A stretch of 64,000 bases of DNA from Candidatus Bathyarchaeota archaeon. Lineage in GTDB: Archaea; Thermoproteota; Bathyarchaeia; Bathyarchaeales; Bathycorpusculaceae. The notes under the pieces were generated by a model that was given only the letters and a program-made list of their open reading frames with translations, was not told where the DNA came from and ran no database searches. Of the stretch, positions 38,396 to 48,833 are shown one piece after another. Position 1 is the first letter of the stretch; each line of letters begins with the position of its first letter. The position numbers and the translations under genes are program-made. The stretch spans positions 32,001-96,000 of the forward strand of contig CAWHDT010000001.1 in assembly GCA_963828195.1 (NCBI GenBank). Reading direction: 5' to 3'.

Positions 38396-38926
38396 TTGCA
38401 GGATAACGACACACAAATGAAAACTGAACTATGCAGTTTCTGCTTAAAAAGCGGCATTCTATGCCAAAAATGCTCGGCTAAAGTTAAAGCTGGCGAAATC
38501 AGTCAGATGGACCTAAAAATAGCCCGTTTACTGCTTTCGCTAGAAGAGAAGTATCCTTCCCTGCAAAGCGTATGTTTCTACAAGGCAATTGAGGTAGAAA
38601 AAACCTTAGCCATCATTGTCGGACATGGCGATGTACCCAGACTTTTAGGTTACAGTGGCAAAATCATCAAAGCTCTAAGCGATGAAACAGGCAAAAACGT
38701 CCGTGTATTAGAGTATGGTGTTGATGACCGCAAATTCCTCGAAGACCTTTTCATACCCTTCAGCATATTGACAATCAACACGATTTGGCTTCCAGACGGA
38801 ACAACCGAAACCAGAGTTATCCTGAAGCGGAAACGCGGCACACAGTTGCCTTTTGACCTAAAGGCTCTAAAGGAAATCGCCAGCAAAGTGCGAAAAATGT
38901 CCCTCCGTGTAGAAATCGCAGATTAA
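38396..38926 (+). CDS. Archaeal NusA-like KH-domain protein with N-terminal Zn motif
   Basis: 'CSFCLKSGILCQKC', KH-like 'LLGYSGKIIKAL', 'INTIWLPDG'; adjacent to aspS. Confidence 0.75.
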   Translation: MQDNDTQMKTELCSFCLKSGILCQKCSAKVKAGEISQMDLKIARLLLSLEEKYPSLQSVCFYKAIEVEKTLAIIVGHGDVPRLLGYSGKIIKALSDETGKNVRVLEYGVDDRKFLEDLFIPFSILTINTIWLPDGTTETRVILKRKRGTQLPFDLKALKEIASKVRKMSLRVEIAD

Positions 38927-38941
38927 GGATCAGCGATAAAC

Positions 38942-40261
38942 ATGAACTTGGACTCTGTCGGTGACTGGACTAGAACTCATTATACAAGCAGCGTGACGCC
39001 AGAGTTAGATGGTCAAGAAGTCACGGTTTTCGGTTGGGTTCAGGAAATCCGCGATTTAGGCGGCATCCGCTTTATCATACTTCAAGACCGAGCAGGAACC
39101 ATCCAAATAACCATTCCCAAAAAACGAATAGCCCCCGAAGTTTTAGCTAAATCAGACTTGCTGCAGAAAAGATTCAGCTTGGCAGTCAAGGGCGCGGTTA
39201 AGAAAACTAACATGACGCCAAGAGGCATAGAAATCATCCCGAGCGCCATAAAAATCTTGAACTCCGCCATTGAAGCATTACCCATCGACATTACAGGCAA
39301 AACCCCCGCCAACATTGAAGCTCGCTTAGACGCAAGAGCTTTGGATTTGACGCAGGATAAAGTGTTGGCAGCCTTCAAAATCCAGCACACAGCCCTAAAC
39401 TCAATCAGAGACTACCTCTTTGAGAAGGGATTTCTGGAAGTTCACACACCACGAATTATTGCTTCAGCCACGGAAGGCGGAGCAGAACTTTTCTCAGTTA
39501 AATATTTTGACCAAAAAGCGTACCTAGCGCAGAGTCCTCAGCTCTACAAAGAAGAATTGACGCTTAGCTTCGAGAAAGTCTTTGAGGTTGGACCTTTTTT
39601 TAGAGCGGAAGAATCGCATACCCGCAGGCACCTAAGCGAGTTCACATCCGTTGACATTGAAGAGGCTTTTGTCAACGCACAAGACGTGATGGCGCTTCTT
39701 GAGCAAGTCATCCACCATGCATGCGTCACGGTAAGAGAAAAGTGCGCCGCGGAGCTTTCGGTGCTCAAGTACAAGTTTGAGGTGCCCGAGGTTCCGTTTA
39801 AACGTTTAACCTACACCCAAGTGCTTGAGGACCTCAAAGGGCAGGGCGTAACAATTTCATGGGGCGAAGACATCCCAACTGAAGCCTTCAGGGAACTAGC
39901 CAAGCTATACCCATTCTTTTACTTCATCACTGACTGGCCCACACACGCAAAGGCTTTTTACATTAAACCGCGGGAAGACAAGCCTGAAGTTTGCGAAGGG
40001 TTCGATTTGATGTGGCGCTACATCGAGTTGGTGTCGGGCGGAACAAGAATTAGCCAAAAAGAACAGCTTATCCAAAGGATGACCGAGAAAGGATTGAATC
40101 CTGAATCGTTCAAGTACCATCTACAAGCGTTTGATTATGGAATGCCGCCTCATGCGGGCTGGGCGATTGGACTTGAAAGGTTAACGATGATTCTGACTGG
40201 GAAAAAGAACATTCGGGAAGTAACGCTGTACCCACGTGATAGAGCCAGATTAACCCCATAG
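38942..40261 (+). CDS. aspS: Aspartyl-tRNA synthetase, archaeal type, probably non-discriminating
   Basis: 'GWVQEIRDLGG', 'AQSPQLYK', 'FRAE', 'GMPPHAG..GLERL', 'YPRD'. Confidence 0.96.
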   Translation: MNLDSVGDWTRTHYTSSVTPELDGQEVTVFGWVQEIRDLGGIRFIILQDRAGTIQITIPKKRIAPEVLAKSDLLQKRFSLAVKGAVKKTNMTPRGIEIIPSAIKILNSAIEALPIDITGKTPANIEARLDARALDLTQDKVLAAFKIQHTALNSIRDYLFEKGFLEVHTPRIIASATEGGAELFSVKYFDQKAYLAQSPQLYKEELTLSFEKVFEVGPFFRAEESHTRRHLSEFTSVDIEEAFVNAQDVMALLEQVIHHACVTVREKCAAELSVLKYKFEVPEVPFKRLTYTQVLEDLKGQGVTISWGEDIPTEAFRELAKLYPFFYFITDWPTHAKAFYIKPREDKPEVCEGFDLMWRYIELVSGGTRISQKEQLIQRMTEKGLNPESFKYHLQAFDYGMPPHAGWAIGLERLTMILTGKKNIREVTLYPRDRARLTP

Positions 40262-40335
40262 GGCGAATTTTCCCACTATTTCTAACAAAAGCGTCAAGTT
40301 TACTTGCAGTTAAGAAGGGGCTTTAATTTTGTCAA

Positions 40336-40377
40336 AAGAAGAAGAAGACTGGAAAAACAATTTTTCTTCTTCTTCTT
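40336..40377. repeat. 13-bp perfect inverted repeat (AAGAAGAAGAAGA / TCTTCTTCTTCTT) between convergent genes
   Basis: Arms at 40336-40348 and 40365-40377. Confidence 0.7.
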
Positions 40378-40598
40378 CCAATTCAGTGAACATTTTCAAA
40401 AGAACAACAACACCCGGAAAACAAATGGTGTTCTTCTTTTTGGGGCAGCTGTAAGAATTTGTTTTTTGTCCAGTGTTGTCTGGTGTTTTATACCATTGGG
40501 TATAATACCTTGCGGTCTAACATCGCCGGGTAGCATTTTTCAACCCGGCAAAGTGGCAAAATTAATCATAAGAGCTGCTTAAAGAAAAAGCCAAGAGC

Positions 40599-42044
40599 TC
40601 AGCGCTTTGAAGCCGCAAAAAGCTCACCGATGTATTCGTTAGCCGTTTTATTCTGCTTTTTAGCTATCCGCTTAATCGCATTGTTTATACCCGTGGAGTA
40701 CTGCACCGCCTTTTTGGGTTTATCCACCATCGAACTTGGCAAGCCAACAGCCAAAGCCACTTTTCTTAGAACAAGCTTTCGCAGCGTATCAGCTTTCCGC
40801 TCCATTTTACATTCAACCGGCAGACTCAAAGCAAACTCCGCAAGCTCAAACGAAGCAAACGGCAGCCGAAGCTCGACATCGTGGAAACCCGTGATTTTCA
40901 GGTCACGCTCCAAGTTGCTTTCATGAATCCTAACCACGTCATTGAACATTGTTTTACGAACCGCTTCGCCTCCGTCTTTACAGTACTCGGTAACGTAGCG
41001 TTGGTAGCCGCCGAACAACTCGTCCGCGCCCTGCCCAGCCAACATCACCTTGAAACCAGCTTCAGAGGCCTCTTCCGCCGCCCAATAAAACGGCAAACCC
41101 ACGCTTGCTTTGATCGGGTCAGCTTCTTCAATCAGCGCCACCGCCTTAGGCAGAGTGTCTTCAACGTCAGAGTCCTTGAACAAATGCACCTGAAGCGGCA
41201 AATTCAGCTTGTTTGAAGCATAAATGGCTTCTTCGGTTTCAGCTTGGTTTTCCATGCTTACATGAAGCAGATTAACTTTTGCGCCAAGCTTACTTGCCAA
41301 ATAAGCCACTAAGCTGCTGTCCAAGCCTCCCGAAAACGCCACCGCAACCTTTTCCACGCCCCGTATGCGTCTTCGAACTGATTCTTCCAAAAGACCCTGA
41401 AGCCTTTTAGCCGCCTCATCCAGCGAAATCGATGTAGGCTCAGCAAAAGTCAGCGTTTTAATGTGTTTAAATTGGAAGCCTTCACGGTTCACAAACGCGA
41501 TGTTTCCAGGCGGAAAAGACAGGGGGTTCTCTATTCCCAGTTTCCAAAGGGCTTCTTTGTTTGTAGCCACTGCGGCAATGTCGTGGTTTTCGCCGAAGTA
41601 GAGCGGCTGAACACCCACGGGGTCTCTTCCTGCGCCAATCCAGCCGTCCTTAATCATAATGAAAGAATAATCCCCATCCGCACCCGAAATAAGTTTTTGA
41701 AGAAAGGCTTCGCAGTGAAGCGGTTCCTTGGCAACCTGTGCCGTAACAGCGACTTTTGGTACAGGCGAGTAAACTCTGCCTTCGAAAACAAGCGACGCAT
41801 CATCAAGCTGCAGAAACTCGTAGCCGCCCGCCCCTTTAGGTTTAGAAGAAACGTACCCAGCCATAGTTGACGAAACTAAGCCTTGCCTGCTCATGATGTC
41901 AAGGTTTTTGTCCAAAAGACTCTTCGTCGGGGAAACTAACCCGAAATTCGAAGTCCGCACATCACCGAGCATTGGGAGCAATCCAAGAACCCGCTCAACC
42001 ACGTTATTACGCTGCTTATCCAACACCGCAACAGTAACTTTCAT
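40599..42044 (-). CDS. asnB: Asparagine synthetase B-like protein (degenerate glutaminase N-terminus)
   Basis: 'RDPVGVQPLYF', 'FSGGLDSS', 'GQGADELFGGY', 'ELRLPF', 'KKAVQYSTG'; no N-terminal Cys. Confidence 0.8.
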   Translation of the reverse strand: MKVTVAVLDKQRNNVVERVLGLLPMLGDVRTSNFGLVSPTKSLLDKNLDIMSRQGLVSSTMAGYVSSKPKGAGGYEFLQLDDASLVFEGRVYSPVPKVAVTAQVAKEPLHCEAFLQKLISGADGDYSFIMIKDGWIGAGRDPVGVQPLYFGENHDIAAVATNKEALWKLGIENPLSFPPGNIAFVNREGFQFKHIKTLTFAEPTSISLDEAAKRLQGLLEESVRRRIRGVEKVAVAFSGGLDSSLVAYLASKLGAKVNLLHVSMENQAETEEAIYASNKLNLPLQVHLFKDSDVEDTLPKAVALIEEADPIKASVGLPFYWAAEEASEAGFKVMLAGQGADELFGGYQRYVTEYCKDGGEAVRKTMFNDVVRIHESNLERDLKITGFHDVELRLPFASFELAEFALSLPVECKMERKADTLRKLVLRKVALAVGLPSSMVDKPKKAVQYSTGINNAIKRIAKKQNKTANEYIGELFAASKR

Positions 42045-42118
42045 GCACTCACACTCAACATTACAATCTGCAATAGTATTGGTAAAACATTAATCCTTAA
42101 TGTGTATATCCTTAGCCC

Positions 42119-43468
42119 TTGAGGAAACATCACTTGCCTATCTTACCTATCGACACTGGTCGTTATGGAACGCCGGAGATGCTTAAAATCTTCGAGGAAG
42201 AAACCCGAGTTCAAAAACTGCTTGACGTTGAAGCTGCGTTGGCTTTAGCTCATGCTGAAGTGGGCAACATTCCAAAGAAAGATGCTGAAAAAATAGCTGA
42301 GATGGCTTCCACCAAATACGTCAAAGTTGAGCGTGTTAAGGCTATTGAGAAGGAGATTAAGCATGATATTGCATCGCTTGTTCGTGCGCTCTCCGAGGTT
42401 TGCGGGTCAAGCGGCGCTTACGTGCATTTGGGCGCAACAAGCTACGACATTGTGGACACTGCTAATGCGTTGCAGCTAAAGGATGCTTTGGGACTTATCG
42501 AGGAAAAACTAGCCGACTTGAAAGAAATATTGCAAAAGCAAGCGGCTCAGCATAAAGAAACTGTGATGATTGGCAGAACCCACGGGCAGCATGCTTTGCC
42601 TATTACTCTGGGTTTCAAATTTGCCGTCTGGGGCTACGAGGTTAACAGGCACATTGAACGGCTCAACGAGTGCAAAAAACGTGTCTTAGTCGGTAAAGTC
42701 AGCGGTGCGGTAGGCACGCAAGCTGGGTTAGGTGAGCACGCCGAGGAGATTCAGGAGCTTGTAATGAAACGGCTTGGTCTGACTGCCGCCGAGATTTCGA
42801 CCCAGATTGTTCAAAGAGACCGCTACGCTGAACTTGCGTGCATTTACGCGATGGCTGCTTCGTCGCTTGAGGACTTCGCAACTGAAATTCGGGAGCTGCA
42901 GAGACCCGAAATAGCGGAGGTCTTCGAGGCGTTTGAAGCCAGCAAACAGGTCGGCAGCTCCACAATGCCTCATAAACAGAACCCTGAGACATGCGAACGG
43001 GTTTGCGGTTTAGCGCGAATAGTACGAAGCCTCAGCACACCCGCATTGGAAGACATAGTGACATGGCATGAGCGGGACCTGACGCAGTCGTCAACTGAAC
43101 GCTTCATTCTGCCCGAATCAAACATCCTGCTTGATTACATGCTTAGCTTAATGTGCAATATCGTGGCTAACCTGCGGGTGGACAAAGAGCGGATGCTGCA
43201 GAACCTGAACTTAACGCGGGGACGCGCAATGTCCGAAGCTGTGATGATGGCGTTGACAAAGAAAGGCGTGAACAGGCAAGAAGCCCATGAAATGCTTAGG
43301 AAACTGACAATTCAAAGCGCACTGGAAAAACGGGACTTTAAGCAAATTCTTCTAGAGGACAAGTTCGTGAGCAGCAAACTAAACGAAAAAGAAATAGACG
43401 AGGCATTAAACCCCAAGAACTATTTGGGAACGGCGGTTAAACAGGCGGAAAAATTTGCAAAAAGCTAA
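42119..43468 (+). CDS. purB: Adenylosuccinate lyase
   Basis: 'HLGATSYD', 'GRTHGQHA', 'GSSTMPHKQNP', 'WHERDL'. Confidence 0.96.
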   Translation: MRKHHLPILPIDTGRYGTPEMLKIFEEETRVQKLLDVEAALALAHAEVGNIPKKDAEKIAEMASTKYVKVERVKAIEKEIKHDIASLVRALSEVCGSSGAYVHLGATSYDIVDTANALQLKDALGLIEEKLADLKEILQKQAAQHKETVMIGRTHGQHALPITLGFKFAVWGYEVNRHIERLNECKKRVLVGKVSGAVGTQAGLGEHAEEIQELVMKRLGLTAAEISTQIVQRDRYAELACIYAMAASSLEDFATEIRELQRPEIAEVFEAFEASKQVGSSTMPHKQNPETCERVCGLARIVRSLSTPALEDIVTWHERDLTQSSTERFILPESNILLDYMLSLMCNIVANLRVDKERMLQNLNLTRGRAMSEAVMMALTKKGVNRQEAHEMLRKLTIQSALEKRDFKQILLEDKFVSSKLNEKEIDEALNPKNYLGTAVKQAEKFAKS

Positions 43469-45714
43469 AAGTCGCCTAAGGCTTTTTGCTTAAATTCTTG
43501 TTCGCTACCGAGTTTTTCCCATGTGTCCTTTTTCACGAAACCGCCGACTTGCTCTTTAATTTTCTTAGCTAACCTTGGTCCGATAAGCGGCAGATTAGTC
43601 AAGTCCTCGACTGACGCATGTTTTATGTCTTCAATGCTCTGGTAGCCTGCGTTGAACATTATGCGTCCGCGGACTCTACCGACACCTTCCAACCGCACGA
43701 TGGGCAGCAGCTCTTTCTTTATGCCGTTAGAAACCCGCTCCACCAACTCACTGGTGAGAGGCAAAACCTCTTTTTCCTTGAAGAGCTGAGCTAACTCGTC
43801 GGTGGCGTGAATAAGCCACTTCGCATTCTCAATAGTACGGTACAAGTCGCCGGGCTGCACGTTAAACTGCTCAATCAGCTTTTCCTCGCTGACCTCCCCA
43901 ATCCAACTGTGCATAACCCACGCCGTTTTGACTTCGCCGAGAAACTCCTCATAGGAAACCCGGTCGTCCCACGGGTTTGGAACGTCAGTGAAAAACTCAT
44001 CCCTGCGCTGTTCAAGCAAGTTCGCCAGCGGGTCAATCTCACGCGCGTAGGGTCTCATAACGGGTCCCATGTCGGGCGTGTGGGAAACCAAGTGAAGCAT
44101 GCTGAAATCCGTCAGTGAGGCAGGCTTGTTTTTTAAGGCGTCGCGGATTACAACTCCTGTGAGCGGGTCAATGTACAGCTCGCTTACCCGTTTCCCGAAC
44201 TTTGTTGCGCAGAGATTGTCTCCGACGTAGTCGATCATTTTCTCTTCGTAGAGGTACTCGAGGATTTTGCCGATGATGCCTTTTATTGCTTTTACGTCGT
44301 ATTGGTAGGCGTAGAAGGTTTTGCCGAAAAACTCGTAAATGCCCTGTTCTGAATGCGCAAAATCCGACGCAATCGTCGCCAACACGTGCCCGCGGATTAT
44401 TTTTTCAACGCCCAATCTGGACCAAATTCTCTCGGGCTTAGCCATAACGTAGCCTTCCATCAAATAGTCCGCTTCATCCGAGGTTTTGGCGATAAGGATT
44501 GATTCGCCGACTTTGTCGTATTTCGGTCGCCCAGCCCTGCCTGCCATCTGCTTATACTCCAAAACGCTGATTGGGTAGTTGCCGTAGCCAGCCTCAAAAC
44601 GCCTGTAATCCATAATAATGACCGTTCGCGCTGGAAGGTTAACGCCGAACGCCAATGTGGGTGTAGCGGTTAGAACCTTGATTTTGCCCTCCTTGAAAGA
44701 ATCCTCAATAATCTTTCGTTGAGCTCCCGATAAGCCTGCATGGTGAAAAGCTGTTCCACATCGAACAGTTTCGGCAAGGGCTTCGCTGATTTGGGTTCGC
44801 TCGCCTGCTGAGAGGATTTTTTCTGATTCATGATCAAGCGTGCGCTTCATTGGCTTAGATAAGACTTCGCCTGTGTGTTGAGCAATGGTTTTTGCGGCTG
44901 AAACCGAGTTTTTCCTTGTGGAAGCAAAAACGAGCGCTTGCCCACCCGTCTTCAGAGTGTTTAAAACAAGGTTTATTGCTGGAAAATGCGTTTTCTTCTC
45001 AACTTTTCTTGCGCTGCCGTCTTTGTACTGGATTTCATCGTTTAAAACGACGCCTTCTTTGAGGATAACTGGACGCCACTCAGTCACGATGTAGGCGGCT
45101 TTTAGCCATTCTGCGATTTCGTTAACGTTGCCTATGGTGGCGCTTAACGCTAAAACCTGAATGGCAGGATTAACCTGCATAAGCCTAGCCAACACCACCT
45201 CAAGAGTTGGACCTCGCCCAGCATCATTCAAGAGGTGAACTTCATCCGCTATGACCAGAGAGATTTCATCCATCCATTTAGCTCTGTGCCGCAGAAGCGA
45301 ATCAGCTTTCTCGTTGGTGGTAACTATGATGTCGTAGCGTTCAAGCCAATTGTCAGCTGTATCAAAATCGCCTGTGCTGATACCCACACTGACCTTTCTG
45401 CCGTCAGGCTTGCGTATGGAGGAGTATTTTTTGAAATCCTCGAATTTTTCGCTCGCCAAAGCCCGAAGCGGCGCAAGATAAATAACTTTACCATGTTTCT
45501 CTAAAACGTGTTTAAGTCCACAGAGTTCAGCAATCAAAGTTTTGCCCGAAGCAGTTGGGCTGGCTAAAACGATGTTTTTGCCCTCCAGCACTCCTGCCCG
45601 TATGGTTTCTTCTTGAGGAGGAAACAGCTCTGCAATCCCTAAGTTAAGAAGAACATTCTTAACTGGTTCAGGCACGGGCAACTCGGCAATCTTCAACTTT
45701 GAACACGCCATCAA
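43465..45714 (-). CDS. hel308: Ski2-like DNA helicase Hel308/Hjm
   Basis: 'SPTASGKT', 'DEVH', 'LSAT', 'FHHAGL', 'QMAGRAGR', C-terminal HhH. Confidence 0.95.
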   Translation of the reverse strand: MMACSKLKIAELPVPEPVKNVLLNLGIAELFPPQEETIRAGVLEGKNIVLASPTASGKTLIAELCGLKHVLEKHGKVIYLAPLRALASEKFEDFKKYSSIRKPDGRKVSVGISTGDFDTADNWLERYDIIVTTNEKADSLLRHRAKWMDEISLVIADEVHLLNDAGRGPTLEVVLARLMQVNPAIQVLALSATIGNVNEIAEWLKAAYIVTEWRPVILKEGVVLNDEIQYKDGSARKVEKKTHFPAINLVLNTLKTGGQALVFASTRKNSVSAAKTIAQHTGEVLSKPMKRTLDHESEKILSAGERTQISEALAETVRCGTAFHHAGLSGAQRKIIEDSFKEGKIKVLTATPTLAFGVNLPARTVIIMDYRRFEAGYGNYPISVLEYKQMAGRAGRPKYDKVGESILIAKTSDEADYLMEGYVMAKPERIWSRLGVEKIIRGHVLATIASDFAHSEQGIYEFFGKTFYAYQYDVKAIKGIIGKILEYLYEEKMIDYVGDNLCATKFGKRVSELYIDPLTGVVIRDALKNKPASLTDFSMLHLVSHTPDMGPVMRPYAREIDPLANLLEQRRDEFFTDVPNPWDDRVSYEEFLGEVKTAWVMHSWIGEVSEEKLIEQFNVQPGDLYRTIENAKWLIHATDELAQLFKEKEVLPLTSELVERVSNGIKKELLPIVRLEGVGRVRGRIMFNAGYQSIEDIKHASVEDLTNLPLIGPRLAKKIKEQVGGFVKKDTWEKLGSEQEFKQKALGDF

Positions 45715-45857
45715 TTTTTTATTTATGACGTATTGAACAAGCTGATTAATAGAATTAGCCGTTGAATAAACTGTTTTTTCAGCTACATTTTTCTATCTGA
45801 ACTAGATACTAGCAAGGTGACGAGTTATATTATCCCTTAAAACAGGAAGGTTACTCT

Positions 45858-47081
45858 ATGGTTGAAAACGTGAAAGAACTCCTTAAACTGCATGAAGGCA
45901 TAACACATGAGGTTTACCTTGACAACGAGAACTCCAGCATAGTTCCCCAAGAAGTCGTTGACGAGATGCTGCCCTATTTTAACAAGAAAGCCTACGGCAA
46001 CCCCACGCTTACCCATAAGCCAGGCTGGGAAGCCTTTGAAGTCATAATGAACTGTTTCCAAAAAATCAGCAACACAATGGGCGCAAAAATCCTGGAAGAA
46101 ATAACCTTCACTCCAGGCGAAACCGAAGCCAACAACTTAGCCATCATGGGCGCATGCTTTGCGCAAAAAAGCAAAGGCAAAAAAATCATCATATCCGAAA
46201 TCGAACCAGTAAACGTGATGCAGGTTGCGGAAATGATGCAGAAATTCGGTTTCACCACCCAAAAAATCAAAGTCAATCATGAAGGCTTCATCAACCTTGA
46301 GAAACTCAAAGAAGCAGTCGACAACGACACGATTCTTGTCAGCGTTTCAGCCGTGAACAACGAGATTGGCACGGTGCAGCCGATTAAAGAAGCGGTGGAT
46401 ATTGTTAAAGCCAAAAACCCGGGGGCGCTCTTCCACACCGACGCGTCAGATGCTTATGGCAGGATTCCCTTTAACGTGCAAGACTTAAACGTTGACTTAG
46501 CCACCATCAGCAGCTACAAGATCCAGGGACCACGAGGCATGGGTGCAATGTATCTGCGTGACGGCGTAAACATGGAGCGCATTTTAGAAGGGCAAATTGG
46601 AACACAGAAGCTCTGGCCAGGAGTCGAAAACACCCCGCTAATTGTCGGCTTCACCAAGGCGTCGGAGCTTGCATTCCAAAACTTCGAAGCAAACACCACC
46701 AAGATGCGAAAGTTGCGGGACATGCTGGTTGAAGGCATATTTGGCGAGCTTGATGACTTGCGTTTTAACGGTCCAAAAGGCGATAAACGATCCCCCGACA
46801 ACGCTAATGTTAGTTTCCTGCGAGCTGAAGGCGAAGCATTAACCATTGAACTCAGCCTCAAAGGCGTCTACGTTTCCAGCGGAAGCGCATGCAGCCGCCG
46901 ACTTTTGCAGCCAAGCCATGTTCTTATCGCTATTGGACGCATATTCGAGGAAGCTCACGGCAGCATTCTAATGAAAGTCACGCGTAGCCACACAGAAGAG
47001 GATATAACCTACGTTTTAGAAGTTTTACCTGCAGCTGTCAACCGTATTAGAGGGATAGTTGGCTCAACAGGAGTGCATTAA
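45858..47081 (+). CDS. iscS: IscS/NifS-like class V PLP protein, divergent active site
   Basis: 'YGNP', 'ETEANN', 'NNEIGTVQP', 'SSYKIQGPRG', 'SSGSACS'; several canonical residues substituted. Confidence 0.8.
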   Translation: MVENVKELLKLHEGITHEVYLDNENSSIVPQEVVDEMLPYFNKKAYGNPTLTHKPGWEAFEVIMNCFQKISNTMGAKILEEITFTPGETEANNLAIMGACFAQKSKGKKIIISEIEPVNVMQVAEMMQKFGFTTQKIKVNHEGFINLEKLKEAVDNDTILVSVSAVNNEIGTVQPIKEAVDIVKAKNPGALFHTDASDAYGRIPFNVQDLNVDLATISSYKIQGPRGMGAMYLRDGVNMERILEGQIGTQKLWPGVENTPLIVGFTKASELAFQNFEANTTKMRKLRDMLVEGIFGELDDLRFNGPKGDKRSPDNANVSFLRAEGEALTIELSLKGVYVSSGSACSRRLLQPSHVLIAIGRIFEEAHGSILMKVTRSHTEEDITYVLEVLPAAVNRIRGIVGSTGVH

Positions 47082-47082
47082 T

Positions 47083-47601
47083 ATGTCACGTATACCATTA
47101 CCGTACAACCCAAAAGTTATGGATTTATTTAGACACCCCAAGAACCTGGGAAAAATGGAAGATGCCACCGTAGTAGCAGTCGCTGGAAACCCAGCTTGCG
47201 GAGACATGATAACCTTCTACCTGAAAATAACCGATAAAGACGTTATTGAGAAGGCAAGCTTTGAAAGCTATGGCTGCGCCGCCAACATCGCCACGTCAAG
47301 CATTGTAACTGAGATGATCAAGGGTTTAACTCTTGAGAAAGCTTGGGAAGAGATAACTTGGAAGAGAGTAACTGAGGAAATCGGCGGGTTGCCAAGCGTC
47401 AAATTCCACTGCGGAGTCCTTGCGGTAGGCGCGCTGAAACGAGCAATACGGCAATATTTCACGCAAAGAAATGTTGCTGCTCCAAGCTGGATGCCGGCGG
47501 AGCATACGTTTGAGGAAAAGCAGGCGTTGGAAGAGGAAGAACTTTCAAAGATGCTGTCAAAGAGAATGAAGGCAGAGGACGAGAAGAAGGCTGAGAAGTA
47601 A
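47083..47601 (+). CDS. iscU: Fe-S scaffold IscU/NifU-N
   Basis: 'FRHPKNLG', 'GNPACGD', 'YGCAA', 'KFHC'; acidic C-terminal extension. Confidence 0.93.
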   Translation: MSRIPLPYNPKVMDLFRHPKNLGKMEDATVVAVAGNPACGDMITFYLKITDKDVIEKASFESYGCAANIATSSIVTEMIKGLTLEKAWEEITWKRVTEEIGGLPSVKFHCGVLAVGALKRAIRQYFTQRNVAAPSWMPAEHTFEEKQALEEEELSKMLSKRMKAEDEKKAEK

Positions 47602-47603
47602 TC

Positions 47604-48833
47604 GTGGATATTCAAGCGGTTCGACAAGATTTTCCAATACTAAAACGCCAAGTGAACAACAATCCCTTAATTTATTTTGATAATGCAGCAACCACCCAGA
47701 AGCCCCAGCAAGTAATAGATGCAGTAAGCGATTTTTACGAAAAACACAACGGCAACGTGCATCGGGCAGTCCACACCCTGTCTCTGGAGGCAACGGATCT
47801 TTATGAGAAGTCACGGGAAAAAATCGCAAAATTCATCAACGCCAAAGACCCCGCGGAACTTATATTTGTCAGAGGCACAACCGAAGCGGTGAACTTGGTT
47901 GCGTATTCTCTGGGGCTCAATAACCTGAGCAAGGGCGACGAGGTTCTGGTTTCGTTGATGGAGCATCACAGCAACATTGTTCCATGGGAAATCATCTCTA
48001 AACTGAAGGGTTTCACAGTGAAATACGCCAACGTAAATCCCGACGGCACCTTGGACTACAACGATTTTGAGGGCAAATTTTCAAGCAAAACAAAAATCGC
48101 ATGCCTAAGCCATGTCTCAAACGTTACAGGCATAATCAACGATGTTAAACGAATCGGGAAAGCTGCACATGACCACGGCGCATATATGCTGGTTGACGGA
48201 GCACAGTCAGTCCCGCATCTGAAGGTTGATGTACAGGATTTAGACGCGGATTTTCTTGCTTTTTCGGGACACAAAATGCTTGGACCCACGGGCATCGGGG
48301 GGCTTTACGGCAAAAAGGAACTGCTTGAAAAAATGGCTCCGTTCCAAGGCGGAGGAGAAATGATTAAGGAAGTGGAGTTTATCCAAAGCGGCTGCAGCAT
48401 AAGCTGGAATGAGCTGCCGTGGAAGTTTGAAGCGGGCACGCCTGACATCGGCGGCGCCGTCGGTTTAGCCGAAGCGGTAAAATATCTTGAAGCAGTCGGC
48501 ATGGATAATGTGCTTAGCCACGAGAAAGCGTTAACTGAGTACGCGGTTGAACGCATACGGGAATGCACTAAAGTTACAATTTACGGCTGCAGCAACCTTA
48601 ACGAGAAATGCGGAATAATACCTTTCAGCGTCAGAGGATTATCGTCCCATGACGTTGCACTCATCTGCGACAACTACGGCATAATGATTCGAAGCGGTTA
48701 CCACTGCGCGCAGCCGCTGCATCAGCAAATTTTGAAGCTTCACTCCTCCGACCGAGCAAGCTTCTACATTTACAACACAAAAGAGGAAATTGACCGTTTC
48801 GTCGAAGTTTTAAGGGAGATCGATCAGCTCTAA
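47604..48833 (+). CDS. sufS: Cysteine desulfurase SufS (class II)
   Basis: 'YFDNAATTQKP', 'MEHHSN', 'DGAQS', 'SGHKMLGPTG', 'RSGYHCAQP'. Confidence 0.95.
   Translation: MDIQAVRQDFPILKRQVNNNPLIYFDNAATTQKPQQVIDAVSDFYEKHNGNVHRAVHTLSLEATDLYEKSREKIAKFINAKDPAELIFVRGTTEAVNLVAYSLGLNNLSKGDEVLVSLMEHHSNIVPWEIISKLKGFTVKYANVNPDGTLDYNDFEGKFSSKTKIACLSHVSNVTGIINDVKRIGKAAHDHGAYMLVDGAQSVPHLKVDVQDLDADFLAFSGHKMLGPTGIGGLYGKKELLEKMAPFQGGGEMIKEVEFIQSGCSISWNELPWKFEAGTPDIGGAVGLAEAVKYLEAVGMDNVLSHEKALTEYAVERIRECTKVTIYGCSNLNEKCGIIPFSVRGLSSHDVALICDNYGIMIRSGYHCAQPLHQQILKLHSSDRASFYIYNTKEEIDRFVEVLREIDQL

Noticed and set aside
40304-40582. 92-aa ORF with poly-Phe/Arg
   Set aside because: Translation of low-complexity hairpin repeats with no protein-like features
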